The position numbers were made by a program, and so were the translations under genes. A stretch of DNA of 64,000 bases, taken from positions 79,910,453-79,974,452 of the forward strand of contig JARFYF010000104.1 of assembly GCA_030265395.1 (NCBI GenBank), in the 5' to 3' direction. Below the pieces are notes generated by a model, which saw only the letters and a list, made by a program, of their open reading frames with translations, was not told the origin of the DNA and ran no database searches. Shown piece by piece: positions 38,263 through 52,100 of this stretch. This stretch comes from Rhina ancylostomus. Lineage: Eukaryota. Position 1 is the first letter of the stretch. Each line of letters starts with the position of its first letter.

Positions 38263-39664
38263 CATCAGATACCAATTGTTTACTAGTATTGTGCAATAGT
38301 TTCACAATTATTTTGAAAAGCATTAAAAAAAATGTTACCATTGTCTCTTGCCACCCATACAATCATTCAAATTTGGACTCAAAGATGCAAAATAAATAAA
38401 TAGATCATGTCACTTATAGTTTTGCCAATAACATGAATGATTTTCTTTGGTTTGCAAGCTGAAGTTGTGATGGAAAACACCCCAGTGAATTTTTCCTCCA
38501 TCTCACAGATAGCTAATTACAGAAATACTGTATGAATACACCATTGTTTTTACTTCAGCAGAAAATACACATCCAATGGAAAGGAAATATCACCACATTT
38601 AGAATTCAAGTTTTTTTTTTAAAAAGAGGGAAGGAGACTGGTCAGGTATATTTTACTAATATACCTTTGTTGAATTTACTACAATTTGTATTATCTTTAC
38701 ATACATCAACTGGAATACAATCAACACTCAAGATAACAATGTCAGGTTTCACTGCAGTTACACCACAAAACAGACAGCTATAGATTTTCCTTGCATGTAT
38801 ATTTAATATGGATATCCTAATGTTCTATCCAAGTCAAAAACTGCAGACATTACCACTGGAGTCTAGGGAAATCCAATGAATTAATGTGAACTTAAATATG
38901 AACTAGCCTTGCTTTAACAAGGTCAGGAAAACAAAACAATTTTTAGTTGCTTACTGTACAAGAATTCTTTCATGTTCAGCAAGTTTGATGAAGTGACATG
39001 TGCTGAATGTCTGGTATCCCCTTGTTGTGATATCAACTAACAAAACAAGGGGCAAGTCCCAACTCTGTTTTTATGGGCAGTCATTTTTATTTTTAAGGTC
39101 AGCAGTGAATACGACTGTGTTGCCGCTGACCTGCATCATCCAGGGCACTATGCCCTGCTGTATGCTATGTGAATAACCTATTAATTGTAAAGACATTAAT
39201 ACTGACCTTAAAAAGGATTTCATGGAAGTTTTCACATTTATCAAACCAACTAATTGAGGGGATTGATAGCTTGTTATCCTGTTTGAGAGTTTGGTTACAA
39301 ATCTTTGAGTGACAGCTATAATGATGCTGGTAAATTACTAATTCCCTTTACCCTAACATTAGTTGAAAAACATGAACCGAAGGTTCTACTTTCAGGGACC
39401 ATGGAAATCAACATGTTTGAGAGTTTTGTTCTTGCACGAGGAAAAAATTCAGTTTAGAACATACCGTGATAAAATTACAAGTACTGTAATAATTGGTGTG
39501 CGGAATGCTGACCACTTCAAGTCAAGGAAATCATGTGGAATTATTAGATTTTCGGTGCAACATGTAGGTAATGTTACATTATCAAATACCGTGTTTGAAG
39601 TCACATTGATTAATTGTGACTGAGTATATACAATTAAAACCAATGGCCTTTGGCACAAAGACGG

Positions 39665-39863
39665 AGACAAAATATTCTACAGATGCTGGAATCTGGAGCA
39701 ATACATAAGTGCTGGAGGAATTCAGCAGGTCAAGCAGCATCCATGCAGGGAAATAAACAGTTGACGTTTTGGATTGAGATCCTTCATCAGGACTGGAAAG
39801 GAAGAGGGCAGAAGCCAAAATAAGGTGGGGGGAGGGGAAGAGTACACACCGGCAGGGTATAGG
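39665..39863 (-). mobile_element. Penelope-like 3' terminal repeat
   Basis: Same family as 27763-28114, in the opposite orientation. Confidence 0.8.
39758..39795 (-). ncRNA. Best-preserved minimal type I hammerhead motif (core G12 mutated)
   Basis: Minus strand: CAGTC CTGATGA A GGAT-CTCA-ATCC AAAA C GTC AACTG. Confidence 0.7.
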
Positions 39864-42800
39864 NNNNNNNNNNNNNNNNNNNNNNNNNNNNNNNNNNNNN
39901 NNNNNNNNNNNNNNNNNNNNNNNNNNNNNNNNNNNNNNNNNNNNNNNNNNNNNNNNNNNNNNNNNNNNNNNNNNNNNNNNNNNNNNNNNNNNNNNNNNNN
40001 NNNNNNNNNNNNNNNNNNNNNNNNNNNNNNNNNNNNNNNNNNNNNNNNNNNNNNNNNNNNNNNNNNNNNNNNNNNNNNNNNNNNNNNNNNNNNNNNNNNN
40101 NNNNNNNNNNNNNNCAGGAAAAATGCAAGATACTTCGCTTTTAGTTTTGTTTATATAATTTTGATACGATATATCAACTACTAAAGAATGTTTCATAACT
40201 TTAATACAAGTCTATGCAAAAATTCATATTACAGGTGTTCAGCAAGATCAATTAATTAGCTTAACAAAAATATTCAGGCATAATGCAAGCAGATGAAGGG
40301 ATGCAATCTCTAAATCCTGATACTGTAGAACATCAAATTGGTACAGAGCTTATCATTGTTCATTTGTACAAGTTGGTAAGTGGTAAGAGGTAAGACAAGA
40401 TATCTATTGGTCACATGTACATCAAAACACAGTGAAATGCAGAAACAATCTGAAAGATTAATGGAAATCACCTATTAAGCCCAAGGAAACAATTTCAATT
40501 TATAATATTTCCAATTTAGCTTTAGTGATTGTACATATAATCAAGACAAATGATATTTCAAACAATCATCTTTAAGTATAAATACTACAGTGCATAAATG
40601 GCCAATTTGCTTTACAGTTGCTGTTCAAATCAATTGAAAAAAATTGAAGACTACAGAACAAATCATGATTTCAAAATTGCCAAAAGAACTGTCTCTACAG
40701 AAGATTTTCATAAAAATGTGGTTTTAAAATAGCTACTCCAAGCAGTAAATGTGTTTGGTTCTCTTATGTAGTGTTCCACTTTCCGTAACTGTACTTTACT
40801 TAATCTTTATATTTCTGCCAAGAGACTTATTTATCATGCTTAACTATACTGAAACAACTGCATAGCGTGCAACATTTTCCATAGAGTATATTTGTTGCAG
40901 ATGCATGCAATACCTTCAAATATGGTACAGTTAGGAATGCAAGCATTTCCTGTGGAAATTGTGCATTTGCCAACATTGTGCTGCAGCCTTAAGAACATGG
41001 CATTTTATGAGGTACAAAATAACAGCCTGACATCTGCCAAACATAAATCAAACATTTTTGGAAACATCCAAATTTAGCCCTACATATTTGATTGCAAATT
41101 CTAAAAACAACACGTTTAAAGAGCAAAGGGGGGTAATAGTTAAACTGAGAATAAAATACTGGTTTTACTTTCCATACCAGTATTTTGCAGAAAGAAAATA
41201 ACCTCTGTAATTCATTATTTTAACCAAAGCAATGTTTAAGCACATTGAAAGGCATTAATCAAAAACGGAGGATTACTTCATTACTTCAAGATCTAAATTA
41301 CCATTCAGAAATGATAGGAGTTACAAAAATTTTTTAATTTTTAAAAATTTTACTCAAGACAGTTATGATCATATGGCATTAGGAAGCTGAGACACAGAAG
41401 GGTTGAGTATATTGATGCAAGGTTGGACCAGGAAGCAGTAAAAGAAACCTTGATTATGTGAATAATCTGCCAGTTGAATATTGATTGATGTGCAAATGGA
41501 TTAATTGATAAACAAAACGGGTGATCAAAATCTTTTACCCTAAAGCTAAGACAATACCCAGAAAATGTAAGCCTGAAGAATTACACTGAGTACAAAGGAC
41601 AAGTGCATATACTTGAAAAATTGTATTACTACAAAAGTAATGCAAGATATTTTAAATCATAAGGGGCAGCCCTTGTGAAGTAATATCCCTATTACAACAA
41701 ATAAATTGCGAAGGGTTGATAGGTAGCTACTAAAAGTGATGAAGTTATTGGAACCTGGTAAAAGACAAAATTGAGGTTCAAGATCTTGAATGCAAAGTCT
41801 TGGGAAGGTTTAAGAACTGGCAGAGAAAACCCATAAGGGAAAGCTTTCAGGACATTTAGTGTCAGAATCAATTCCAATTAAAACAAGTGATTGTGATTGC
41901 CCTCACTGAGTCTGTGCTGTATTGGCCAATTTGCATTTGATCCAGATGTATATGACGTCAAGAAATAGAAAAGCACTAGCCAATGTAATATTAGTGATCA
42001 CAAATTTACTGTTCCATTTATTCCTTGCGTTCACTGCAAAATGGTTTGCTCGAAATACTAATATGTTAAAACTGGTTGAAAATATTGCTAATGTGGTGTT
42101 ACCAAGCAGTTTTGGATTATTTAAAATGTTCGCAGATCACTTACTCTAAAGGTGTATGTTTTAATTTGCAAGANNNNNNNNNNAAGAACATTTCAGTTTG
42201 AAATAGATAATAACTGGCCCATTATTTGCAGTAGCAGGCCTCAAGCTGAATCTCCCCTTGCATTTTCCGGTTTTATATCTTTTGTTTAACAAGCTGCTCA
42301 ATGTGCATGCATCTGAGAGGCATCGGAGCAGGCCAAGCAACTGTGCCTGATTAGCCAGACTGAAGTATGTGAAATTAATACAAAGATTGTGCAGCAAGTA
42401 CAGATCAATCTGGACATTTTGCACATCAAGCAAAATGTTAAATAAAAGAGACAAAGAAAGAATGGATGGATTGAGAGGGGAAAAGGTTATTTTTACAACA
42501 TAAATTTGAAATAACAATAAGCACCTGATGAAAGAGATCATGCTCGTAAAATGAATTTTTAATTACCTTAGAAAATGAATGGCCATATTTAACATTGTGA
42601 AAAAGGCATTAAATTGAAATGGACAGGGTTCAACTTTCTATGTGATTAGTTTATATCTACCACACAATACAACAACTTCACACCAACACGGAAGTAGACA
42701 GGAGATTTCATACCCATGAAATTAACGGCTGAGAACATCCATTTCCGAATTTTTAAGTTTACCTGTTCCTCTGCTTCTCAGCTAAAGTTGTTGTGGTTTC

Positions 42801-45091
42801 TATAGAAACTGTACAACAACTGCCATTAGCCGATTATCTGGACAGCAAGTTATGGAGCAATATAAAGATAGCCTCACTCAAACCAATTAATGCACCAATA
42901 TTCAAAAGAAACAATACAAGCATACTATATCAAAGGCTATATGGAAGCGGAATTTAATGTTCTGAATTTCCGGCTGAAGCATTTCACCAGATATGGACAA
43001 AAAAAAAATCACTTTCACTGGACTTGACCTGAAACTAAATTAGACCCAGCAATTAAAAATCAGTACAAAAAGTTGAAGTAATGGTATGCACAAACTTTCT
43101 ACCATGAACTATATGTAAACATTTGAATTTCCTATCATGAAAATAAAACTCATTTTTTTCAATAGTGTTTTAAATCAATACAGTTTAAGTGGCTAATCAG
43201 GAACAGTATTTACCATTATAGTGTACAGACTTTAATGGCAATGATAGTTGCTGGAATCAGAGAAGCTGCTTTGGCAGCAACTATGGTGGAAGTGTTTATT
43301 CTGATGCTGGTTATTTTCCCTTTGTATCAACCAACTAAGATGGTGGGAATGAAAAAAAACAGGCTAACTGTTATTATCTTTACAGCTGGGAAAAGTTAAA
43401 AAGTGCATCATCTTGATTTATCAGCCTTATAAACTAAGTGTCAAGTCTTCTCAGGGNNNNNNNNNNNNNNNNNNNNNNNNNNNNNNNNNNNNNNNNNNNN
43501 NNNNNNNNNNNNNNNNNNNNNNNNNNNNNNNNNNNNNNNNNNNNNNNNNNNNNNNNTCAGCCTTATAAACTAAGAGTCAAGTCTTCTCAGGGCTTCAGTG
43601 TATAATCCCTTGACAGTCATATGGAACAGAACTAAAGCATTATGCAACAGAGGCTCAAGACTAATCTCAAATGACAAAGAATCCCCAACTGGCATTATAA
43701 ACAGATATTGAAATCCTTCACTGTGCTTGCCCCTTTTTGCAACTCAACAGTAACACTGTAGAATTCCATTTAGAGGGCAAGGCAGCACATAGGACATCTG
43801 CATGTATTTTACAATACAAACTAGTTTTCCTTTATAAACAGGAAAAACATGGCACTTATCTGCAGCAACCTTGTAACCAAAGGTTTCTCTGACTTTTTTT
43901 TAAAGCTATATTTGGAAATGCTTCCAATTAAGTATCAGCTGACAACAGAATAAGGCAATTTAACAGGTATTTGCAATGTTTAAGTTTTCAAAAGATACAC
44001 AAGTAAAGATCCTGGAGCCATTTCCTGATGCACTATATGGCTCAGGAGAGCATCATCATCTAATTTTTGTCAAACTATTGTCTGATCCAAGTGGAGATTT
44101 GGCCTCATCTACATTATGCCTGATATTTGTTCTTCCTGACATTAGTTTTCTTCTGTGCTTTTTCCTTATACTTTATTTTTTGTATATTTAAGCCCTCAAG
44201 CTTTTCAATTCTTTTCACTATATCCATTTGACCACTCACATGCTGTACCTAATATTAATTTAAGCATATGTAGTAACATCAAAAATATTTATCCAAATCT
44301 TTTGATATTTAACCACTGAATTTTCTCTCCGCACCCACACATTATAGCGCCCCCTCCCCCCCAACATTTCATCTTCATTACAGTCTCCTAGTTAGTGTAA
44401 AGATTCATCAGGTTCTAGTATACCCATTTTTCCATGCCTCCGAGCCCCTCTCTTCACTCACCTTCTTCCCTACAGCTGATTCTCTCTTCCTGTCCCTTTT
44501 GAATACATTCTAAAGCCCTGCATAATGTACACAATCCAATGCCTCACTGTCGTCAAAGCAGCAGTGAAACCATGTGGTACTGCCTGAGGGGCAGGAGGAC
44601 AGAGGGCTGCTAGTGAACATATTCTCAGTCGACTTGAAGATAAAAGTTACCTTGAAGATTTCTCAAGGTAAAAGATGATTTATTCTAAATGTAGTCTCCA
44701 CCATTTTTTGGTACACTGAGATATTACAGTTTCTTTCTTTACATGCCTTACTTAAATATCAGATGTTAATTATCTCTATTTTACTCTCCAACGAGACATC
44801 CTTCAGATTGTATCATGTTGCTCTTATAGTTTTCTTCACTTTTCTCAGCTTAATCCAAATGTTCAATACCAGAAATCAATAACCTGTTAGTAAATACTTT
44901 GGAGCATCTTTCATAACTGACTGCACTATGCCATCTCTTTTTGCAAGTAACACTGTTTCTATGTTGCCTTTCGAAGGGTGTAGTTCTCTGCATAGGAATG
45001 CCTGGAGTGGGCTTTACGTATTTTAACCATCTTAATCTCATTTCATTTTGTTACCCTATCGCACATTTTCCAATAATTCTCAGTTCTCCCA

Positions 45092-45162
45092 TTTTTCCAG
45101 CTTTTGCATCCATTCAGCAAAGCCAATTTTTTCCAGCTTTTGCATCCATTCAGCAAAGCCAA
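45092..45162. repeat. Perfect tandem duplication, 36-bp period
   Basis: tttttccagcttttgcatccattcagcaaagccaa twice. Confidence 0.9.
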
Positions 45163-46749
45163 ACAACTCCATTTTTTTTAAGGTTACCACTTGCCAAGTT
45201 CATTGAGAACAACTTCTTTAACCTCTGTGGTAATGCTTCGACCTGCTTCATTTAACATTAGCTCAATGTTCTTAGAGACACAATTTTATCATTCACCAAG
45301 TTATAGCCCAGTCTGGTCTCTGCACTTAATGAATATACTTAGTTTTGAGCCAGTGTGGTATAGATTTGGTGGCATGATCATTGAATGAAGGAGTTAACCA
45401 ATGGGAAAAAATGAAGTAAAATTGGCCTCTATTCACTGGCGAATAGAATAATGCATAGTATTGAGAGGGTAGATATTGAGAGGTTATTACTCTTACCATA
45501 CAGCCTGGAACTAGGAAGCACAGTAACAAGGGGCCAGCTATTAGGATCAAGATGAAGAGATTTTTTTTAAATGCAGCGTTATATCTCAAGAATACTCTAC
45601 CAGAGAGCTGTAGATATTCAGTCATTTAGCATATTTAAGGCTGACACTGATAAGACTCAGAACCAGAAGTTACAGGAATAAAAAGGCAAAATAGACTTCA
45701 GACCTGTCAAATCTTACAGGTCTCTTGTATTGTATATAGTACCATTTTTTTTTGCAGTCTTACACTGTAAATGAAAATCTTCTGGAAGAAAAATCACACT
45801 GGTGTGCAGCACATCTCATGATGATAACTACAGGGCCAGAGGGAGAGTGTGACAAGTAGGAGAACAAGTGTGGGTTGTGGAGAGAGAATGCACATACAAG
45901 GATGTGGCTAAGCAGCTTCTCAGAACAGGGAGCTGGGAACCATGGGAAAATTAGCCAAGCTGAATTTTTTTAAGATCCAAATCAATTAATTAGATGGGGC
46001 AGACATTCAGTCTGAGCTTAACATAAGCATCAATCCAGGAAAGGTGAAACAATAGGGAAGCAGACTGAATGGAGCCTAGGCTTCTATCTCATTTGGAGGG
46101 TTGCGTTCAAAGTTTCCCCCAAATTCATTAGTAGACTAGTAGTGGCCCTCCCGACTCAAGCCAAGAGAAGCTCCTAGAAGGTCACAGCAAGGGTAAAATT
46201 ACATCCCCCAACNNNNNNNNNNNNNNNNNNNNNNNNNNNNNNNNNNNNNNNNNNNNNNNNNNNNNNNNNNNNNNNNNNNNNNNNNNNNNNNNNNNNNNNN
46301 NNNNNNNNNNNNCAGCAAGCCAGAGAATCAATAAATCAATAACTGCACCCTTGTGGTCAACAGTGAAGAACTTCACAACAGCCAGCAAAGCAAATGAGTA
46401 CCACAGCCAACAAAGGCCTACTTTGAGGGCTCCAACCAAGGGAGTGAAGACAGCACATCCACCACCCAGGGCAGAAGACCAACCTTCATGAAGAACAGAA
46501 CCCTAGACTCCAGTGAAGATGCTTGTGACAGGCCCCAAGCATAACAGCTAGCATTTTGGACTCAGACAGATAGCTAGAGCCAAAGTTAAGTTGTGTGTCT
46601 GTGTATAAAGTTCCATTTGTACTGGGATCCAACATATCCATTTATTTAAGTATAAAGCACATGCATAAAACACACCAAAAGGGATACTGGTCAAAGTGCT
46701 CAAAAAACACTGGAGTAACAAGGAGATATACATGGTAGTGGTACTTAAT

Positions 46750-47095
46750 GAAAGCGACGTTCTCTCTCTCCCCTTCTGGTATCTCAGATTTTAATCATCT
46801 CCTATTTAAACGTCCTCAACCCTCTTTCAACCAGCAATACCCTGCACAATTTGCTTCATTCAATCTTTGTTGGTCCCCACCCTATTAAAGACCTTCCCTT
46901 TTGTTTACTGTCTTTTGCCTCCTACCTCAATTCTCCTTGCATCTTATAACTTGTTTAATTTGTAATTGTTCCCAACTCTGATGAAAGGTGATCAACCCAA
47001 AATTTTAACTGTTTTTGGCAGGGATGCCACTTGAACTGCTGAGTATTGCAGCATTTTATCTTCAGATTTTCAGCATCTGTAGTGATTTTATTTCT
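46750..47095 (+). mobile_element. Old Penelope-like 3' tail with hammerhead remnant (46973-47011)
   Basis: caact CTGATGA a aggtgatcaaccc AAAA tttt aactg, followed by the family terminus cagcatctgtag. Confidence 0.6.
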
Positions 47096-47459
47096 TGCTA
47101 AGGGAAACTTTGGTTTTAATAATGGTTTAATTATTTAAAAAACCCAAGTTATTGCCCTTGGGGTATAAGGGAACATTCAAAATGAACTTTTTTCCTCCTG
47201 AAGTTCAACAGATACTAGAAGAACTTAATCTTCAAAAGAGATCAAATCATGAAAGAAGCACTTGAGTGAAGGATGAAGACAAAGGTAGATCCAAATAAGT
47301 TATATTCTCAAAATCAAATACATTAATCTGTCCAATACAGGATTCCCAAAAGAAGTTGCCTATAATGTTAGATTTAGAAGATGACCAATAACTGGAGTCT
47401 TGCTTGAAATTATCAGAATAGTCTAATCCGGGATGGGAATGATCACATTGTAGCAGATA

Positions 47460-48270
47460 AAAGCATAAGACCTTAAGAAACAAAAGCTGGACTAAGCCAT
47501 TCAGCAAGGATATGGCTGACCTTTGGCCTCAGCACCACTTTCCAGCACTAACCTCATAACCCTCGATTCCCTTAATATCAAAAACACCCAATGGTCTTTG
47601 TCCTGAATGTATTTAGACACCACGGTCCTCTTGGGTTCAGAATTCCATAAAAAGGATGTTTTATTTNNNNNNNNNNNNNNNNNNNNNNNNNNNNNNNNNN
47701 NNNNNNNNNNNNNNNNNNNNNNNNNNNNNNNNNNNNNNNNNNNNNNNNNNNNNNNNNNNNNNNNNNCACCACGGTCCTCTTGGGTTCAGAATTCCATCAA
47801 AAGGATGTTTTATTTTGAAGAAATTTCTTCCCATCTCTGTAATGAATGCTGATCCTCTACTTTGAGGGTATGACCCTTGGCTCTACAGCCAAGGGAGGAT
47901 AAAAATCAATTCCACATCGAGCCAGGTAAGTAATTTGTACCTTTCCTCTAAACTCTAGAGAAGCCAGTCTGCTTAATCTCTTTTTATGTGATAAATCCAC
48001 CAATCAGGTGAACCTAAACTGCATTCCTTCTGCTGCAAGCATTTCCTTATGCAGGTAGACCAAACTTGACACAATATTCCAGATATGGTCCACTAGGGCC
48101 TTATACAACTGGAGCAAAACGTCTCTGCTCTTTTACTTGGATCCAATTGCAATAAAGGTCACCATAGCTCTCTGCTGTACCTGCATTTTAACATTCAGTA
48201 TTTTTATATACAATGATAATTTGGTCTCTTTGAACAGCAACATCTCAATACCTCATCATTTAAAAACTCT
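47460..48270 (-). mobile_element. CR1 3' fragment
   Basis: cataagaccttaagaaacaaaagc tail; cacaatattccagatatggtccactagggccttatacaac reads LYKALVDHIWNIV on the minus strand (CR1 LYxxLVRPHLEY-like). Confidence 0.65.
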
Positions 48271-48409
48271 TACCAGGGTTGTTGGGGGGGGGGGGGGGGT
48301 TGGGCACTTNNNNNNNNNNNNNNNNNNNNNNNNNNNNNNNNNNNNNNNNNNNNNNNNNNNNNNNNNNNNNNNNNNNNNNNNNNNNNNNNNNNNNNNNNNN
48401 NNNNNNNNN

Positions 48410-48448
<39 letters not shown>

Positions 48449-48859
48449 TGTGTGGAGATGAAATATAGAATACAGTAAATGCTGTAGTATCTGTCAAGAG
48501 AGAAACAACATTGATGTTTTAGGTCAATGACCCTTCATCATAACTCAACACCTTTCAATCTTGTATTGGGCTCTGACTATTGCTCTTTAATGCAGCATCC
48601 TTGATGCTAATATTTCAAAGGTTTGAAAAAAAATGACTGGCAAAACAGTTCCTTGCTTGAAAGGTAAACATGTTTAGTTTATAATCTAGGGGCCTTAAAT
48701 TACAAGCAAATTTTAGATTTCTTAAGAGTCAAGCCCTTAACCAAAATTCTGAAGTAGGTACTGTCCAGATGCCTAGAGCCAAAGTAAACATTGCTCAGTG
48801 TGGTGTTAGCAACATTTTCAACAATGAACAGTGATGGGTAGAAAAAAAATTGCATAGTA

Positions 48860-49198
48860 CAGGTTGAAACTCTCTAGTCCGGCATTCTGTGGTCTGACAA
48901 TTCCCATGCTCTGGCAAGTTTTAAATCTATATTACAGATCTATACTAATTAAATACTTCCAACCAAGGTCTAAAATTAACCAACTAACCCAACAGTGCAA
49001 CTTTTGCGATCTCAGCCGGAGTTTCTGACTTACAGAAACTTTGGGTTACGGACAGTTCTCGGAACTCTTGTGTCACCCAAGGAATGTCTATACTTCATAA
49101 GAACTGCTGTCCTGATCAGAGGAAGATGACCAGGGGCAATTTGTGTAGTCTAGATTTTCTGTGGTCTCATGGGTGCCAGACTAGAGAGTTTCAACTTT
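48860..49198. mobile_element. Non-autonomous Tc1/mariner (pogo/Tigger-like) MITE, 339 bp
   Basis: TIRs gttgaaactctctagtccggca / tgccagactagagagtttcaac (21 of 22 match), left end CAG, TA on both sides. Confidence 0.8.
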
Positions 49199-52100
49199 TA
49201 GTTTGAAAGCAATTACCAGCACCTGACAGAAAAGGCATGAGCTACAGTCAATCAGTATGGAACAAGATGACCAAATAATATTCAAAAATGGCCATCTCAC
49301 AAAGTACATGAGATTTCCCAGCACAGAAGATGACCATTTAGAATTAACGTGGTGGCTTCCATTCTCCTCCTCCTTCCAAAAGCCATTTTAGATTTTCTTC
49401 GACAAATATTTATCCCTTTTACCTTTAATACAAACTGTAGGTTCAACTTCCACCACTGTTTTTGGAAAGGTATTTAATTCCTAACAAGCCAAAACAAAAT
49501 CTCTATTCTTTTCTCACGAATGGTAATTTATTCCCCTTTGTTATTAATCAAGTAAAAACATTTTTCTCATTTGCTTCAACAAAACCTTTCATAATTATAA
49601 ACAAATAACACCATCAGATCTCATTGTAATGTAGTAAAAACAGTTCTGGCTCTCCTCATGAATATGGCCTCATTACTGGCATCACTTGCATCTTTCCAAA
49701 TGCCCCCACTTCACTTTTTCTAATTTAGGATTTCCAAAGCTGAACACAATTCAACAGTCTTGCCTTTATGCCATGCTAAAGACATGGAACAAAGTAGGAA
49801 ATCAAATGTGGCAAATTAGACTAAAAATTCAACCATTTTCTTTTACAATTAGCTTTGCCTGCCAACCTGAGCTGCAATTTACCCAGGCCAGATCTGTTCC
49901 CATCCCATTCAAGTTAGCAATAAATAACCAGCCAAGAATAGTCCATATCTTTTTCCATAGCTATTCTAAATTTTATCATACCACAATCACTGTACTGTAA
50001 ATATCACCCCCTGAACCTCATTTCACCTGGCCCATCTCAATTCCCATAAGTAAATCCAATAATGCTTCTCCTTAGTAATTGGCTCCAATGGACACTAACT
50101 ATTCTAATGAAAAGAGGTTTCCTCATACTTGCTCATTTCCTTATGACACAAGAGGTTATACAGCCATGAGAGTCAATGCTGGCTCCCTGAACAATTACAT
50201 TAGCCAATTAACCCAACAACTATTTCATGAACACATCTCAAAAATTCCTCCACTTCTTTGCCCTTACATTACTATCCCACTCCATAGGGCAGTTGAAGTA
50301 TGTGATTTTTGTTCTTTTTTTTGTACATCTATGCAATTCCCATGCAAATATATGGTTCAGCTATATGGGAGCACACTACAGAATATTCAGTTGTTTCTTA
50401 ACTCTAAACAGATTGATTCTGACAAAAGGTCACCAATCCAAAATATTAACTTAGATTCTATCCTTGACTGCTCCAGGACCTCCTCTTTCGCTAGCAAAGC
50501 ATCCTACCTCTAATTCTTTCTTTCCTACTTTTCTGTAACACCTTGCATCCAGGAACATTTAGTATCCAACCTTGTTTTTTTTTTAAATAAGGCATATTTC
50601 CATTACTGGCACATCATCCTAAACGGTTATTACTTGTACCTACAACTCCAACTCTGCCTTTATACAGATACACAGTAAACCTTAGACCTCCTTGCACTTT
50701 GTGGTCTCATTCCATCTAAAAGTACTCTGTGTCCCCACTATGTGCATTTTAATGCTTTTATTCAAAGCTACATTCTCTCCTCAAGTTAATTAAACCATCC
50801 CACGTACTAAACAAAACCTGCAAGCACTCTGGCCCCAACTCCACTGAATACAAGCTGTCTGACCTGTGCAGTTCTGTATCGCCCAGAATTGGTCCCAAAG
50901 CTCCAGGAATCGAAATGTCCTCCCTCCTCACTAGTACTATTCACATATTTCAGTACACGCAAACACAAGGCAATCAGGATGTCATACTTCATCAATACTT
51001 TCCTGACTTCATAAAATCTGCTTGCAAAATCATGTCCTTTTTTCTACCTGTCAATGGTACCAATGTGAACCACAACTTCTGAATTGGTCTGTCTCTTCCC
51101 CCAGCCACCTAAAAGTATTCAGCACCCTCTTAAAATCTACCCTGACACCAGGAAGGCAACACACCATAAAGCACTCATGCTGCCACTGGCAGAAATGCCC
51201 ATCTGCCCACTCAAAATATGGAATTCCCCAATGACATTGTCATTTCTAATCTTTTCTATTTCTTGCTGTGCAGTCCTTTGCCCCAACACCATTCCTTAAA
51301 GGTGTTGTTACCTCTAACAGTATCTAATGCCTAGTATTAGTTTGAAAGTGGCACTCATTTTGAAGACTCCCATTATTACTACCTCTTCCTACTCTTTCAA
51401 TTAGTTACCCACATGCTTTCCTGAATTCTCTCTGGCAGTGGGATGGCCACTTCCTGGAACATACAAATCCAGGAAACATTCAGCCTCCCTACTGCTCCAC
51501 AGCCACTCCAGGTGGCTCTCAATCTCACACATATGATGGCACTTCCTTCGTACCTACTCCGCCTATTTTAAAACAATTAAAAGCCATACATTGCATTTGG
51601 GAGTGGGCCAGTATTAGAGGGGGTGGAGGGAACTAGAAAAGAGAAAAAAGAAAAAAGCCATAAATTGTGACTAAATTATATGTTAAACCTAGCAATTAAA
51701 AAAAAGCATTTATCAAGTTCCCATTCTTTCTACAGTAAAAATTGCACTCAGTGTAACAGCAGAATACACTTAGATATGTTCTACTAGATCCCAAGCTCTA
51801 AGAGAGCAATTTCAGATAACCAGTTCAAACTGACCACCTAATTAACTTGGAAACACAATCAGGTGGCACGTTTACTACCACTGGCTAACACTGCAAACAA
51901 AACTATAAAACGTTCGATATTTTATCAGCATAAATGACTAAACTAAATCACCTTAAGTATTCTCCAGTCACTAAATTCCCATTCTTTACCTTTGGTAGGT
52001 ACTGAATCACTCAACATTTCGTTTCTATGAACAGAAACCAGAATTTCACATATGCCAACAGTGGTTGAACTCAAATTTGCATAGGTTCAGCACTACATCT

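Noticed and set aside
41153-41186. AT-rich 11-bp inverted repeat (similar 9-bp one near 44648-44672)
   Set aside because: Short and AT-rich; compatible with chance.
43420-43592. Direct repeats flanking 100-N gaps (also about 3184-3375, 47617-47816, 52797-52940, 54728-54971)
   Set aside because: Identical sequence on both sides of fixed-size gaps is the signature of unmerged contig overlaps, not real duplication.
46505-46535. Possible different hammerhead (gtgaaga t gcttg-tga-caggc)
   Set aside because: The first core base is wrong and no GAAA follows; too incomplete to call.
48283-48448. G-run and C-run facing each other (hairpin or G-quadruplex)
   Set aside because: They are separated by an N gap, and long homopolymers at contig ends are unreliable.
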